DNA of 63,261 bases, filler included, from Octopus bimaculoides (GCF_001194135.2; 5 parts of 4 records of this genome joined end to end with filler, not necessarily neighbours in it); one strand, 5' to 3'. Positions 35,401 through 47,714 are shown, numbered from the whole stretch's first letter. Notes: generated by a model not told the origin, from the letters alone. Made by a program: numbers and translations.

Positions 35401-35666
35401 ATGAAAAAATGAGTTACGTGAATATCTTCACAAGAGTGATTGAAATAAATGGTGATTGTGGAACCCCGCACGCATGTGCACACATACACACACACACACA
35501 TACAGTATAAAACATCAGATGAAATGGATGTGTGTGATAGAGAGAGTGAGTGAATGGTGTGTTGTCATGTATACGTACATAAATAAATACGCACACATCC
35601 TTTTTGTATGTGTGTGTGCATGTGTGTGAGAAAGGGACAGAATGAGTGCCACTTAGACACCACTCC

Positions 35667-35705
<39 letters not shown>

Positions 35706-36334
35706 AATGTATGCAAACGTAAATACAAAAACACACAGGTACACGTGTGACTGACTACAAATACATAGAGCTGAACATGGCATGCAAAAAGTAAATAAAT
35801 AAAAGCTTTTTATGAAAATTAACAAAGTGAGCAGATTCAAACGAAATTTGTGAACTTAGTAAATATTTCTTACAGTAATTTATTGTAGTTGTTTGCAAAT
35901 AGCAAATTAAAACTTGAAATGAAAACATTGAAGTAGAGAGAGATTTTGCAAATGGAAATGGAAAATTTTGTCACTGCTACATCGATACCGGAAGCTGACA
36001 TTGAGAAACCTTTTTAAAGAAGTGAATCATATATATAAAACAATATTATTTATTTTTGATAAAAAAAATAAACTGAAAATCCTAATTGGTATCTGAGGTC
36101 AAATTAAAAAAAAGATGTGAAGTGGAATTGGTCAAATAACTGTCAAAAGACATTTGATAATATTTAAAAAAATATTAGTATTGGATTTGTCACTGGCTCA
36201 TTTCAATCCTGCAGTGGAGATTGTTGTAGCTTCTGAATATGGCATAGGAGCAGTCATGCTACACAAATATAAAGATGGTAATATGAAGGCAGTGGTTCAT
36301 GCCTCACATTCTCTGATAGTTTCCATTTTGGAAG

Positions 36335-36551
36335 TATTATTCTTTTACTTCAGTCATTTGGCTGCAGCCATGCTGGAGAATTGCTTTTAGTTGAACAAAT
36401 TGACCCCAGGACTTATTCATTGTAAGCCTAGTACTTATTCTATCAGTCTCTTTTGCTGAACTGCTAAGTTAAAGGGACATAAACACACCAACATCGATTG
36501 TCTAGCGATAGCAGGGGAACAAACACACAAATACCTATCTACGTACCTACC

Positions 36552-36582
<31 letters not shown>

Positions 36583-36750
36583 CTATATGACGGTCTTCTT
36601 TCAGTTTCCATCTACTAAATCCATTCACAAGGCTTTGGTTGGCCTGAAATTATAGATGAAGACACTTGCCCAAGGTGCCACACTGTGGGATTGAACCTGG
36701 AACCATGTTGTTGGGAAGCAAGCTTCTTATCACACAGCCACTCCTGAGCC
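36335..36750 (-). mobile_element. SINE family A inserted after Gypsy RNase H
   Basis: Reverse-complement full copy ending cacacagccactcctgagcc. Confidence 0.85.
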
Positions 36751-37399
36751 TATTATGGTAAAGTTTTTAGTATTTTGGAATGAAGAACACAAACATAGGT
36801 GCTGAGCCAGTGACTTAACTTGTATTTTGTAGGGATTAATCCAATGAATTGACAGCAAGGTAATTGCTTCTATCAGAATTGTTTACTTTTAAAGTGAAAA
36901 AACAAAACTGACGTATATGACAGGTATGTAAAATATATTTCTGTGCACTTCTTAAAAACGTTGGAAACGTGGTTTTTTTGCATATTCAGAATCTCCATCA
37001 TCGGACACATAGGAATCCAGTGCGAAAAAAAATTATCAGAAAAGCCAGTTTCAAGGTGTGTGTAGGGAGACTGTGCACCAGGTCCGCCCATAATAAAAGG
37101 TCAAATAGAAGAGCACAAATGACATTTGAACTAGTTGAAGACTAGACATACCGAAGAAAGAGAAGAAATAGCGATGTAAGTTTGTTATGACTTGTTCAAT
37201 GCTCCAATGCCAAAAGAGGCGAATCAGTAATAGAAAACATAAACAAACAGAATGACTGGAAATAGTCCATAAGCAAAAGAAGTATGAAAACTTTTGAGGA
37301 AATTAAAATATTGAAAAAGGGAGAGGCGATGATAAAAAAAGAAGAAAATTAAATAAACAAGTTGCACTTTCTACAGAAATCAAATCTGAAAAGGGGAGA

Positions 37400-37709
37400 T
37401 ATTAGGGTGAGAATCATGACACCACTTGTGAGAATGGACTAGCCAAACATGTATAAGTAGCGCAACGTGTTTGACTGAGAATGAGATGATGAGAAATCGC
37501 AGTAAGTCGAAAGGTGTCGTTCATGAGCTCATGGACTTGCAGGAAATTGTTAAGAAGTTGTTATAGATTGTTGAGAATTGTTTTGGATCAGTTACAGTTG
37601 TTGGCAGAGTATTTGGGAATACATGATGTGGAGAGAGTTGGTGTCTACCCTGTTCTATATAAGCACATTGTATTAGTGCACAACACTAAGGTGACATATA
37701 CAGAAATCA
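37400..37709 (+). repeat. 3' LTR
   Basis: TATTAGGGTGAGAATCATGACACC...ATATACAGAAATCA, preceded by a polypurine tract. Confidence 0.8.
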
Positions 37710-37806
37710 TATCATAAAACTAACCAAGCAAGATATCAACTGAGCCACATATGACAAGCATGAACAAATTGAATTTCTTTTCTCCTGCCTTTTTTAATCT
37801 TTGTAG

Positions 37807-37859
37807 TTTGACATGAAAAGAAATAGTATTACATTGGAGTTTCAAGAGGAAAAAAACAG
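37807..37859 (+). CDS. Candidate exon (FDMKRNSITLEFQEEKN)
   Basis: Long polypyrimidine acceptor ending tttgtag, donor CAG|GTAATG; 53 nt, open in only one frame; lies on the opposite strand to the 29-kb candidates. Confidence 0.3.
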
Positions 37860-38069
37860 GTAATGTTGAAAAATGGTTGATTTTGTATGATGAAACAGAT
37901 TTTTTTAATACTTTTCTTTGAATTTTTTATTTTTAATATTTTCACAATCCAGCATAATATAAAGTCTGAGTTAGAGGTAAAAGACTCCTTATAAAAAAGA
38001 ATATAAAGAAATACCTATATTTAACTGTTGAACAAACAAAATTCAAGTACCAGAAAGAATTCCGATAAC

Positions 38070-38410
38070 TTGCTGAGACCCCCTTTGGTCATGACTGACC
38101 ATGGGATTGCACCTAGAAAATTACCCTTCCAGGTACAAGTCCGGGCAAGGTTGTTTATGGAAGACCAGCAGTCGCCCATGCATACCAGCCTCCCCTCTCC
38201 ATGCCACCAGTGTTATCCAAGGGAAAGGCAAAGGCCGATACAGCTTGGCACCTGTGACGTCGCAACTCATTTCTACAGCTGAATAAACTGGAGCAACGTG
38301 ATATAAAGTGTCTTGCTCAAGAACACAACACACAGCCCGGTCCGGGATTCGAACTCACAACCTCACGATCATAAGCTCGATGCTCTAACCACTGAGCCAT
38401 GCGACTTCAC
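38070..38410 (-). mobile_element. tRNA-derived SINE family D, full length, with 11-bp TSD
   Basis: A box TGGCTCAGTGG and B box GTTCGAATCC; TSD attccgataac at 38059-38069 and 38411-38421. Confidence 0.92.
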
Positions 38411-38467
38411 ATTCCGATAACACTATGCAGGTTAAAATGGAAGTAGCAGCATTTTCTGTTTCACAAT

Positions 38468-38670
38468 CAACCCTTTCGTCACAATATTTCTGCAGAAATA
38501 CAATGTCTTTCTTTCAATTTATTTTGAAAATAATAGAGGATTTAGAAAAATAACTTTGTTATAACTAAGCTGGTGTTTAAAACATTAACATGACATTCTG
38601 ATCACTTTCAAACAAAGTTTGTGTCTTAAAGAAAAAAAAAGCATTTCCAGGCAGGTTGATATTAGTATTA
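38468..38670. mobile_element. Possible piggyBac-like MITE remnant
   Basis: Starts caaccctttcg, resembling a TTAACCCT terminus; recognised by resemblance only. Confidence 0.35.
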
Positions 38671-39354
38671 AAAGTGCTAAAGTTTACAACTTCAGTTTTC
38701 CTTTACAGAACTAAGTTCATATGACAAAATTTTAATACTGTTTTCCTCTCAGTGAACCAAGATTCTGTATCTCATTGAAGTTTCCATTCAGTAAAGCCTT
38801 TGACAAAAACAAACAGTTCACAATTTCTCAATACATTTCACATATATATATATATATTGCTCCAAATCAATGTATTTAGAAACGTCAACTACTATAAGCT
38901 GGTTGAACAGGTAACTGCACAAGTAAGATTATTTACTAGTGAAAAAAGTGCTTAAAATCTAAGGTAGAAATTGCATTTTCTTTCTGGATAAGATTTGCTT
39001 TGAAAAGAAAGAAACCATTTTAGCCTATATATGATCACTCATTGGTAGAGTGCCACACTGAAGATCTTGGATAAGCCAACACTTAACATAATCCATAAAA
39101 AATTTGTGCTTTACTGGCCTAGACAAAGTGTATTTATTTATTAAAGAATTCTTTGTCTGTCATGGAATTTATACTATTATATATTTATACTATTATACAA
39201 ACAGAAAATAAACATTACATCAGAACAATTAACCCTTAAATATTCAATTAATGCAAAGCCTCTTCAATCTCTGCCTGAGAATGACATTTTAATCATAAGA
39301 TATTGGTGTATCTCCTGAAAGACAAAAATTCTAATATTTTTGAGGGAGTTATGT

Positions 39355-39580
39355 TTAACCTTTTAGTGTTTAAACTGGCCATATCAGGCCAAAATTGTCT
39401 TCCAGTTTTATGCTCAAACCAGCCCGCTCTGATCTCTCACACTTACCCTACAAAGTCATTCTAAAAATAAACAGGGACATCATCAAAATCTCAGAGTTAC
39501 AAGATGCTGTACAATTAACTTAAAACAATGTAATTAAACAGGCTTTACATTTGACATAAAGTATTTAATAAACATTTGCC
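39355..39580. mobile_element. Possible piggyBac-like MITE remnant
   Basis: Starts ttaaccttttag; recognised by resemblance only, and the distal TIR is not clear. Confidence 0.35.
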
Positions 39581-40254
39581 GAGACAATAAATATTATGAA
39601 TCTAATAGATCAACAAGTTTATAATACTTTTCAGCCATTTGGTATGAAAAATAGAGATCAATAATAGAACAATCACATTTCCCAGCAAACATAGTAGTTG
39701 TTTAATACTATACTACTATACTCTTCAACAGACTCTTAAAAGGATATCTGTTTTCAATGCCTCATTTTATGATGACCCACTTTACAAGATCCCAGGCTTA
39801 TGAGTTTTATTTTATAATAAATATAAAAAGGTTAAACAGCCATTTTGTGGAGTAAAATAACAGCAAAAAATTTCAATATTTTAGTTTGCATGTGCACTTT
39901 GTTGAGTGATTATTATGAGCTAATTCTTCATACCATATATTTTATATTGTGTGATGGAAGGGTAACTGACTGGAAGGGAGAAAGAGGGGCGTCACTAGAG
40001 GACAGGTAGTGGGCAAGATGACATCATGTCAACAAGTAACAGGGCATCTCTCTCCCTTTTTTATGGTATCTGTGGAAGAGGCAAGTTGTGCTGCTATCAG
40101 TAGTGTCAAGTGGCGAGAGATCGGTAGAGCCAACATGTGATACCAACTGAATGATCTGGCTGCAGTTCCTGATAGCAAGTTGAGGTAACTATATTTTCAT
40201 GCCTTTAAACTACTTGGCATTTTTAAAACTCACCCAATACATCTAAACAAAAGT

Positions 40255-41420
40255 GTACGATGGATACCAACAGGAATAAAAATAAAACAAAAAGCCATCA
40301 CTTTGGAAACATAGTATAAAATTGTTAAAATACATGATGGGTACAACTGTGAAAAGCATTTGTGACAAATTTTCACTTAACTCATCAACTGTCTGTACAA
40401 TTTTCAAAGAAAAACAAAAATATTTATCTCAAGTGAGAAATGCACAGCCTGGCAATCAACCTGGGCTTGTGAAAGAGATGCTAGGAGCATTATTACGGAA
40501 ATGGAAAAACTTTTAAATGCATGGATAAGTGATAAAAAACACAATGAATGCATGTGAATGTTAATCAAGCATTGATTTGTAACAAAGCATTGTTTCTTTT
40601 CAGTATGCTTAAACAAATGAAAGGTGACACAAACGAAGCTTTTGTTGCAAGCAGAATATGGTTTCATCAATTTGAAAATAGACATGGGTGGCATTCCATC
40701 CTTAGTGCAATTCCAGAAACATTTGACAGAAATAATTGAAAAAGGGGGCTAGATGTTACAACTGATTTTTAATGATGATGAAACAGGACTTTTCTGGAAA
40801 CGCATGCCATCCAGAAGTTACATTGCTAAAGAGGAATCTGTGCTGCCTGGTTTTAAAGTTGCAAAAGATTGACTGACATTATTATTTGCATGAAATGCTT
40901 CAGGGGATTTAAAATTAAAACTAATGCTAGATTATAGAGCAGAAAATCCTAGGGCACTTAAAAACATCTTAAAAGGTACCCTTCCAGTCATATGGAAATC
41001 TAATAAAAAAGCTTGAGTTTCGGCAACATTATTTGTGCCGGACATTAAGAAATATTGTGATAAGAACGAACTTCCATTTTATTTCATATAATGTTGCTTA
41101 TTGACAATGCACCTAGCCACGCTCCAATTCTGCAACATCTCCATCCTAGTGTCAAAGTTATTTTTTGCCTCACACTACATATTTGCAATGCTGAATGAAG
41201 AAACAAAGAAGGGGACCAACTGTTATGCAATTCTGGAAAAATCACAACATTTATACCGTAGTAAAGATTATAGGAAAAGCATAGGAGAATATCAATCAAA
41301 AGAATATGAAGAGTATTTGGAAATAACTTTGTCCTCAATTTCTTAATGATTTTTAGGGTTTTGAATCACTACAAGAAATTGTACAAAAAGAAACAGAAGA
41401 AATTGTAAACCTGGCAACGT
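40255..41420 (+). mobile_element. Tigger/pogo-like transposase pseudogene
   Basis: KAITLE...SSTVCTIFK (HTH); FVASRIWFHQF; FNDDETGLFWKRMPSRSYI; NASGDLKLK...ENPRALK; LLIDNAPSH. Confidence 0.88.
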
Positions 41421-41559
41421 GTCAGCAAGTGACATATTAAAGGTGCAGTGGGTAAATTGTTGCCATTTTATGTTTTTAATTTCATGCAAGTGCATTGTTT
41501 GTTTCTAATTTCGTCGACTACACAGTATAGTAGGGTCAGCTGGGCACCATCGGTGAGAA

Positions 41560-42180
41560 AAACAGCACCATGAAGCAGTTCACTCAGCCAGAAATTTGTA
41601 AATGACATGCTGTACTGCTTGGCACTCATACTGAAAGCTCCAATACGAATATTTCAGGGTGTTTGAGTGTCAATCTGAGGACATGTACCAAGAGTGATAA
41701 GAATCAAACATCCAGTCAACATCAAGGTGTTTTGAGTGATCACTAGTGAGAGCGACGTTATGACTCCATCTTTCCACACGGTCTCAAACTCAACACAGAG
41801 GCATACATGAAGTACCTGGAGGAGGTAGTATTGTCCTGGATCATGAGGGTGGCTGCTAGAAGTCCTTGAATCTGGCAACAGGACTCTGCACCATGCCACA
41901 CAAGCAGGAGAACCCAGTCATGGCTGTCAAACAGTTTCTGCAGCCACATCATCCCTAAAATCTGGCCACCTAACTCCTCTGATTGCAACCCTTTTCATTA
42001 TGTACGGGGCACAGATGAGCAAAACCAATAAAATTTCTTGTTGGAAAGATGAACTTAAGGTAAGGATTATGGCAGCATACACAAACTTCAACAAGGAGAC
42101 CATCCAGAAGAGTTGAAAGAGATTCTGAAGTTGACTGGAGGCTGGAGTTGAAGCTAATGGCAATTTTATTGAATAAAACC
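41560..42180 (+). mobile_element. maT (DD37D) transposase C-terminal fragment
   Basis: WQQDSAPCHTSRRTQSWLSNSFCSHIIPKIWPPNSSDCNPFHY; 37 residues between the second Asp and the mutated third (D to H) position. Confidence 0.82.
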
Positions 42181-42570
42181 AGGTGCCTACTTTAAGTGGG
42201 GTCTGTTTTCATGAAGAATAATAAAAGTTATTTTTCAAAAAATTGTCTGGACTTATCATCATCATCATCATCATCATCATCACTGTCCAGTGAGTGTGTG
42301 TGTTTGTGTATGTGCCTGTGTATCTGAAAGGAGTGTCAATAGAAAAGAGAAGGAAAGAAAGAAGAAAAAATGTGTTTACATCTATACAGCTGGTCAGTTC
42401 TTTCAATAGAAGATGACAAGTTGGTTACTAAAAGTTATTTTTCAAAAAATTGTCTGGACTCATTATCATCATCACCCTTGTCCAATGGTTGATTCCCGTG
42501 CTGGTATGGGTTGGTAAATCTGGATGCAAGGATGTTTCTATTTATGTATATACGCATATATGGATAGCAC

Positions 42571-42615
<45 letters not shown>

Positions 42616-42701
42616 AATACAAAATTACAGTTTACTTTACAAAATTGGTCCTTCATCTGGTACAAATCATTTCAGAAATAATGATATTTCACCAGTCACA
42701 G

Positions 42702-42735
<34 letters not shown>

Positions 42736-42889
42736 CAAGAGGAATGAAGATAAGGAACAATTCTTTACAAAAATGAAGATATTTGGATGGGTAATAATGT
42801 ACAAGGGAAACTGTCTTGTGAAGGAGATAAATGAAACAGATGTGCATACAATTTCTTGTACATTATGAGGACATTATTACACAGACTAA

Positions 42890-44806
42890 GCTAATTGTTC
42901 CAGATGGGTTTAAAGGGAAGTTGCTGTGATTTTCATATTTTCATCCATTCAGTTTGAGGGAGAATTTTGTTATGAAGAGTTGTTCCATATTTTTTCTGAA
43001 GGTGTCATTCCTTGGGCATTTATAGAAGGGAGAGATCTTAAATTTTCCTTCTCCATATGTTTCTAAATGTTTACTCAGTGGAACCTTTCGCAGTTCCACC
43101 TGTTGGACATGTTGTTGGTGATATCTGGCTCGTTGGTATAAAGAATTCCCAGTTTCACCTACATAATTCTTTGCATGTGGGACAGGTTATGCAGTATATT
43201 ACGTTCTGCATCTTGTAATTTATGTCTGCATTTACTTTGAATGTGTGTCCACTCTTAAATTTTATTTGTTTGTTTCCCCTCTATATATTTGTAGATGGGG
43301 TTACTGTAGATCCCACATCTACCATCTCCACACTCTTTTACAATGAATTCAGTTTTATTCTCTGATGAAAATTTTGCTCTTGTTAGGTGTTTCTTTAAGT
43401 TTTTTTCTTGGCATTTACTGTTTTTATGCAATATTTGTTTAGTAGGTTTCCCATTTTGGGGCTTTGTTGGATTATTGGTAGGTTTGAGTGTATAATGTGA
43501 AACATGTTGGTGATTGTAGGGTTGTGTGTGTTAATGAAAGGGATGATGTTTTCTTTGTTTTTCTTTTTTGGAGTTCTGAGTTGTGTAATGTCCAGTTTCA
43601 TTGCTCTTGAGATTCTGTTTTTTATTAATTTGAGTGGGTATTTCTGTTCTAGTAGGAAGTTTTTAAGTTCATCTAGTCTTATTTGGTGTGTTTGTCAGTC
43701 AGTCATTATGCTGCATATGCTTCTTGCCATACTATATGGAATGTTTCTTTTTATGTGGGATAGGTGGCAGGAGTAGAAATTTAAATATTGGTGTGTGTCG
43801 GTTTTTTGTAGTAGATATCTGTTGTGACGATAGAGTTGTGTATCTTGATGTTGATGTCCAGGAAGGGAAGTTCGTTGTAGCTAGTTTCTGTTGCGAAGTT
43901 GATAGATGGGTGCAGTGTGTTGAGGATGTTGTGGAATGTTCGTAGATCTTCTTCTGATCTGTTCCAAAAGATGAAACAGTCATCGAGATAGCGTTTCCAC
44001 TTTTTCTTGATGTCTTCTCTGAAGTCGTGTTCAAAGACTTTCCCTATTTCATCATATAGTTTGTTCTCAAGGAAACCCATCTCTAGGTTGGCATATGATG
44101 GTGCGAATTTCGTACCAATAGCTCTGCCCTTTATCTGTCAGTATGTCTTGTTGTTAAATGTGAATGTGTTTTCTTCAAGTATTAATTGGGTGGCTTTGGT
44201 GATAAAGTCTGTTTTGAAACGTTTATCTGAGTTCCCTGTATTTTTCTACCCAGTGTTTTTTCGCTTCCAGACCCAGGGTGTGTGGTATGTTCATGTATAA
44301 GTTTGTGACATCGAAGTTTGCAAGTATGGTGTTTTCCAGAACCGTATTTGGATTGTGTGTGAGGAAGTCTATGTCATCCCTTATGTAGCTTGGTATCTAT
44401 GAAGTGGCTTAGTTGCTGTGCTGGCGCTTGGATCCCTGCAGCTATAGGTTTCATTGTGAGGTTTGCAAGTCTTTGTATTCTTATATAATGGTTCCTCTGT
44501 TCATTTATGGCTCCCTGTATTTCCGAGTTTTTATGGATTTTGGGTAATCCATAAAAATTGCTTTCTTTGGTTCTTGAGTTGCATAAATAGTCTTTCTTCT
44601 TGTCTGTAAAGGAGTCTTGGTATTCATTGATCACTGTTCCAATTTTTTTTATTGTTGCTTTCTCCAGTTGTGTTGATTCCTCTTTGTAGTATGTCTGGTT
44701 ATTAAGTATCTCCAGTATCTTTTCTTTGTAGTAATCTGTATCCATAATTACTATTGCTCCACCTTTGTCAGCTTCTTTTAAAATGATCGACTTATCATTT
44801 TTTAGT
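42890..44806 (-). mobile_element. Penelope-like element (RT + GIY-YIG), frameshifted
   Basis: ADKGGAIVIMDTDYYKEKI; FYGLPKIHK; IGTKFAPSYANL.MGFLE; KKWKRYLDDCFIFW; ELPFLDINI; TDIYYKKPT; decayed GIY-YIG at about 43050-43220. Confidence 0.92.
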
Positions 44807-44906
44807 NNNNNNNNNNNNNNNNNNNNNNNNNNNNNNNNNNNNNNNNNNNNTTAATTAATTAANNNNNNNNNNNNNNNNNNNNNNNNNNNNNNNNNNNNNN
44901 NNNNNN
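44807..44906. other. Artificial scaffold spacer
   Basis: 44N-TTAATTAATTAA-44N. Confidence 0.95.
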
Positions 44907-44947
44907 AGGGAGGAACTAGGCGATGCTATTGACGCCGGCATAGGCCT

Positions 44948-44974
<27 letters not shown>

Positions 44975-44980
<6 letters not shown>

Positions 44981-45190
44981 TTGTTTCTGTGTTTGTCTCC
45001 CCACCAACGCTTGACAACCGATGGTGGTGTGTTTACGTCCCCATAAGTTAGCGGTTCGGCAAAAGCGACCGATAGAATAAGTACTAGGCTTACAAAGAAT
45101 AAGTCCTGGGGTCGATTTGCTCGACTAAAGACGGTGTTCCAGCATGGCCGCAGTCAAATGACTGAAACAAATAAAAGAGTAAAAGAGAAT
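44975..45190 (+). mobile_element. SINE family A 3' half, CpGs intact
   Basis: gcggttcggcaaaagcgaccgatagaataagtactagg...ggggtcgatttgctcgact...catggccgcagtc. Confidence 0.88.
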
Positions 45191-46520
45191 ATATATATAT
45201 ATTTCTTTTGTTTTGTCTTTTGTTCCTTGCTCCTTCTCATCACCGACTCTTAGATGCAGCTCATCTATTTTACTCTGAATAGGACATCGGAGTTTGCTAA
45301 TTGAAAGCGTAGATATTCCACACATACACAGTCGTGTTCATGTACACTCTGATATGTGTTTGACTGAGAGGTGTCTGTGAGTGTATGCATGCGTAATGTG
45401 CATAAACGCCTGCACACACACAGGCTTACACATGCACGCGCACAAACATGCGTTTACACATATTATACACATACGCTCACATGTATGCATCAAAGTAACA
45501 TATAGAAAATCCATGTTTCTAATTAAGACGAAAATTTGTTGCTTCCACAAATCCCATTAACAATTTACAATTTACTAGAGGCTTCCGTGCAAAGTTAGAC
45601 TGTTATGTTTACATTGAATAAACAAGACTTTTCATAAAATATATACACATCATTTATCCTCAAACAAAATAAAATGTGCTTTGGGTGTTGGTAAATAATT
45701 GCTTGTGGATAAAGTACAATTAATTTTCAGAACAATATCTGGAAGTGTGAATATGCGAAAAAAATTTTCATAAAAATACTCTCTAATACGGTGGGTTTCT
45801 CAATATCCAGATATAAGTGCTTGTGTGTGTATTTGAGTGAGTAAATGTGTGTGTGTGTGTGTATGTGTGTGTGTGTGTGTGTATGTGTGTGTGTCAGCAG
45901 AACTAGGACGAGAATGGTTGATATTGTGTTCCTTCTGTGTTTTGACGCTTTCAAATATGACATTTTCACAACAGTATTGTAATCCAAATAACAATACCAG
46001 TTTTAAAAAAATGCAGTGCAAAATATCCTTCTGTCTCCAGTAGTACGAAGAAGATTAAACAATAGGATATTCATACAATGATACCTTTCACAGATATAAG
46101 CGTCAGAGATTCGGAGAAAAACAAAAGCTGATATTTTATTCCCTATAGAAATATACGCATGGAGAAATAAATATATTGAAGTGTATTAACAACATTCGTT
46201 TTGAAGAATTTTGTAAGGAACGGACAAAATCTGTCAGAATGACCCATCAAATCCAAGAATGAATGAATCCGATAAGAAAACAAGGCAGTAATGAAAAGCA
46301 ATAAATAACAGATAATAAAAAGCCACTTGTCAATGTGTGATTCAGATTTGCACCATAAAATATGGCATCGATCCAAAGATATATATTTATGAAAGACTGT
46401 AGTTGTCGGAAGTTGCATAGATTCTTTATACTAACATCTTAGGAATAGTATATTGGAAACCTTCTCATATTAGCATTATATACATTATGTATGCATTCAG
46501 TTTCACACTTTCAGAGACGT

Positions 46521-46540
46521 CTATATATTTATATACTCTG

Positions 46541-46614
<74 letters not shown>

Positions 46615-46655
46615 ATGTGTGTGCGTGTATGTGTGTGTGTGTGTGCGTGTGCATG
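46521..46655. repeat. (TG)n microsatellite
   Basis: Direct observation. Confidence 0.95.
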
Positions 46656-47714
46656 TGTATGCACGCGTTTGTGTACATGTATATACATAAGTATGCGTGA
46701 GTGTGTCTGTATATTTATATGTACATTTTAGTGTCTCCCTGTCATCAAAGATAACTCATAGTTTCTAATATAATAACCCAAAATAAACACCCTATCAAAT
46801 GTCAAAAGGTCTCCAAAATGTAAGGAATTCTTCCATGTATGCTGTGGAAATATTGGTGCTCGTTCAATAAAAATAAACTATGAACGTTCAGTGCGCAAAA
46901 ATAATTGTGAGTGTTTGTATACGTAAATATGTTTGTATTTGATTGCGTATTTATGTGTGTGGGTAATTGGTGAATGTAAGGAGCGCAGTATTCACAAAAT
47001 TCATCAGAAATTTCGAAGTCAGGGATGTTGCGTTGTTTAATCAATAAAAACATGTTGAAACGTTATATGCGTTTGTATAGTGTAAGAAAATATATCTCCA
47101 TATTGTCAGAATGCGGATATTTTAAGTATATATTTGCTATGCTGGAATATGACATATAGTTGCTTAACAGAGAAACATAAGTTTGTGTAATTTCGAGTAG
47201 AGAAATTGTTGGAATAACGCTGAGCAGTAAAAAAGAAAGTACATATATCCAAACAACGCTACCACGACGATGCGAGCTCAATTTATGCGGACATTGAAAG
47301 TAGCTCTGTTGTTTTAATTTTGGTTTTTAGGAAAGTAGCCTAGCAAACTTCCCTTTGAGTTAATCAAAGGGAAGATTGTCCAACAGTAGATTCAATGCCG
47401 TGAGATTGTCCAGAACTAGATTCAATTACTTTTTGTTTTATTTGAATAGTAAAAAGTGATTCTGCTTACATACATAATTATTTCAGAGAGGGGTTTTGAA
47501 ATACGAAAATATATTTCACCTCTGTTTTATTCTGAGATATCTATCTCTCAAACTATAGAAGAATACAGATGCACGCCCATACATATATCTATCTACGTCT
47601 CTATACGTCTCTTAATATACACAGGCTTTAAATATGAGCTAGTAATAGTGTCATGCCGTGGAAAAACGATAATTCGGTGCAACTAAAAGATTGCTTAAAT
47701 TTAAATTCTGCGTA

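Larger units (their letters stand above)
29929..37709 (+). mobile_element. Ty3/Gypsy LTR retrotransposon, decayed, with both LTRs
   Basis: Two homologous ~300-bp LTRs; gag (IAEFSYNPEEG..., zinc knuckle CLGCQKIGHKNSHC); protease LQLDAGSDITII (~31670); RT PYLDDILI (~32533); RNase H DLSLAHFNP...EYGIGAVMLH (~36180); PPT gaaaaggggaga before the 3' LTR. Confidence 0.9.

Noticed and set aside
29921-37750. Possible Gypsy TSD ctgac/ctgag
   Set aside because: Imperfect, and it depends on an uncertain 3' LTR boundary.
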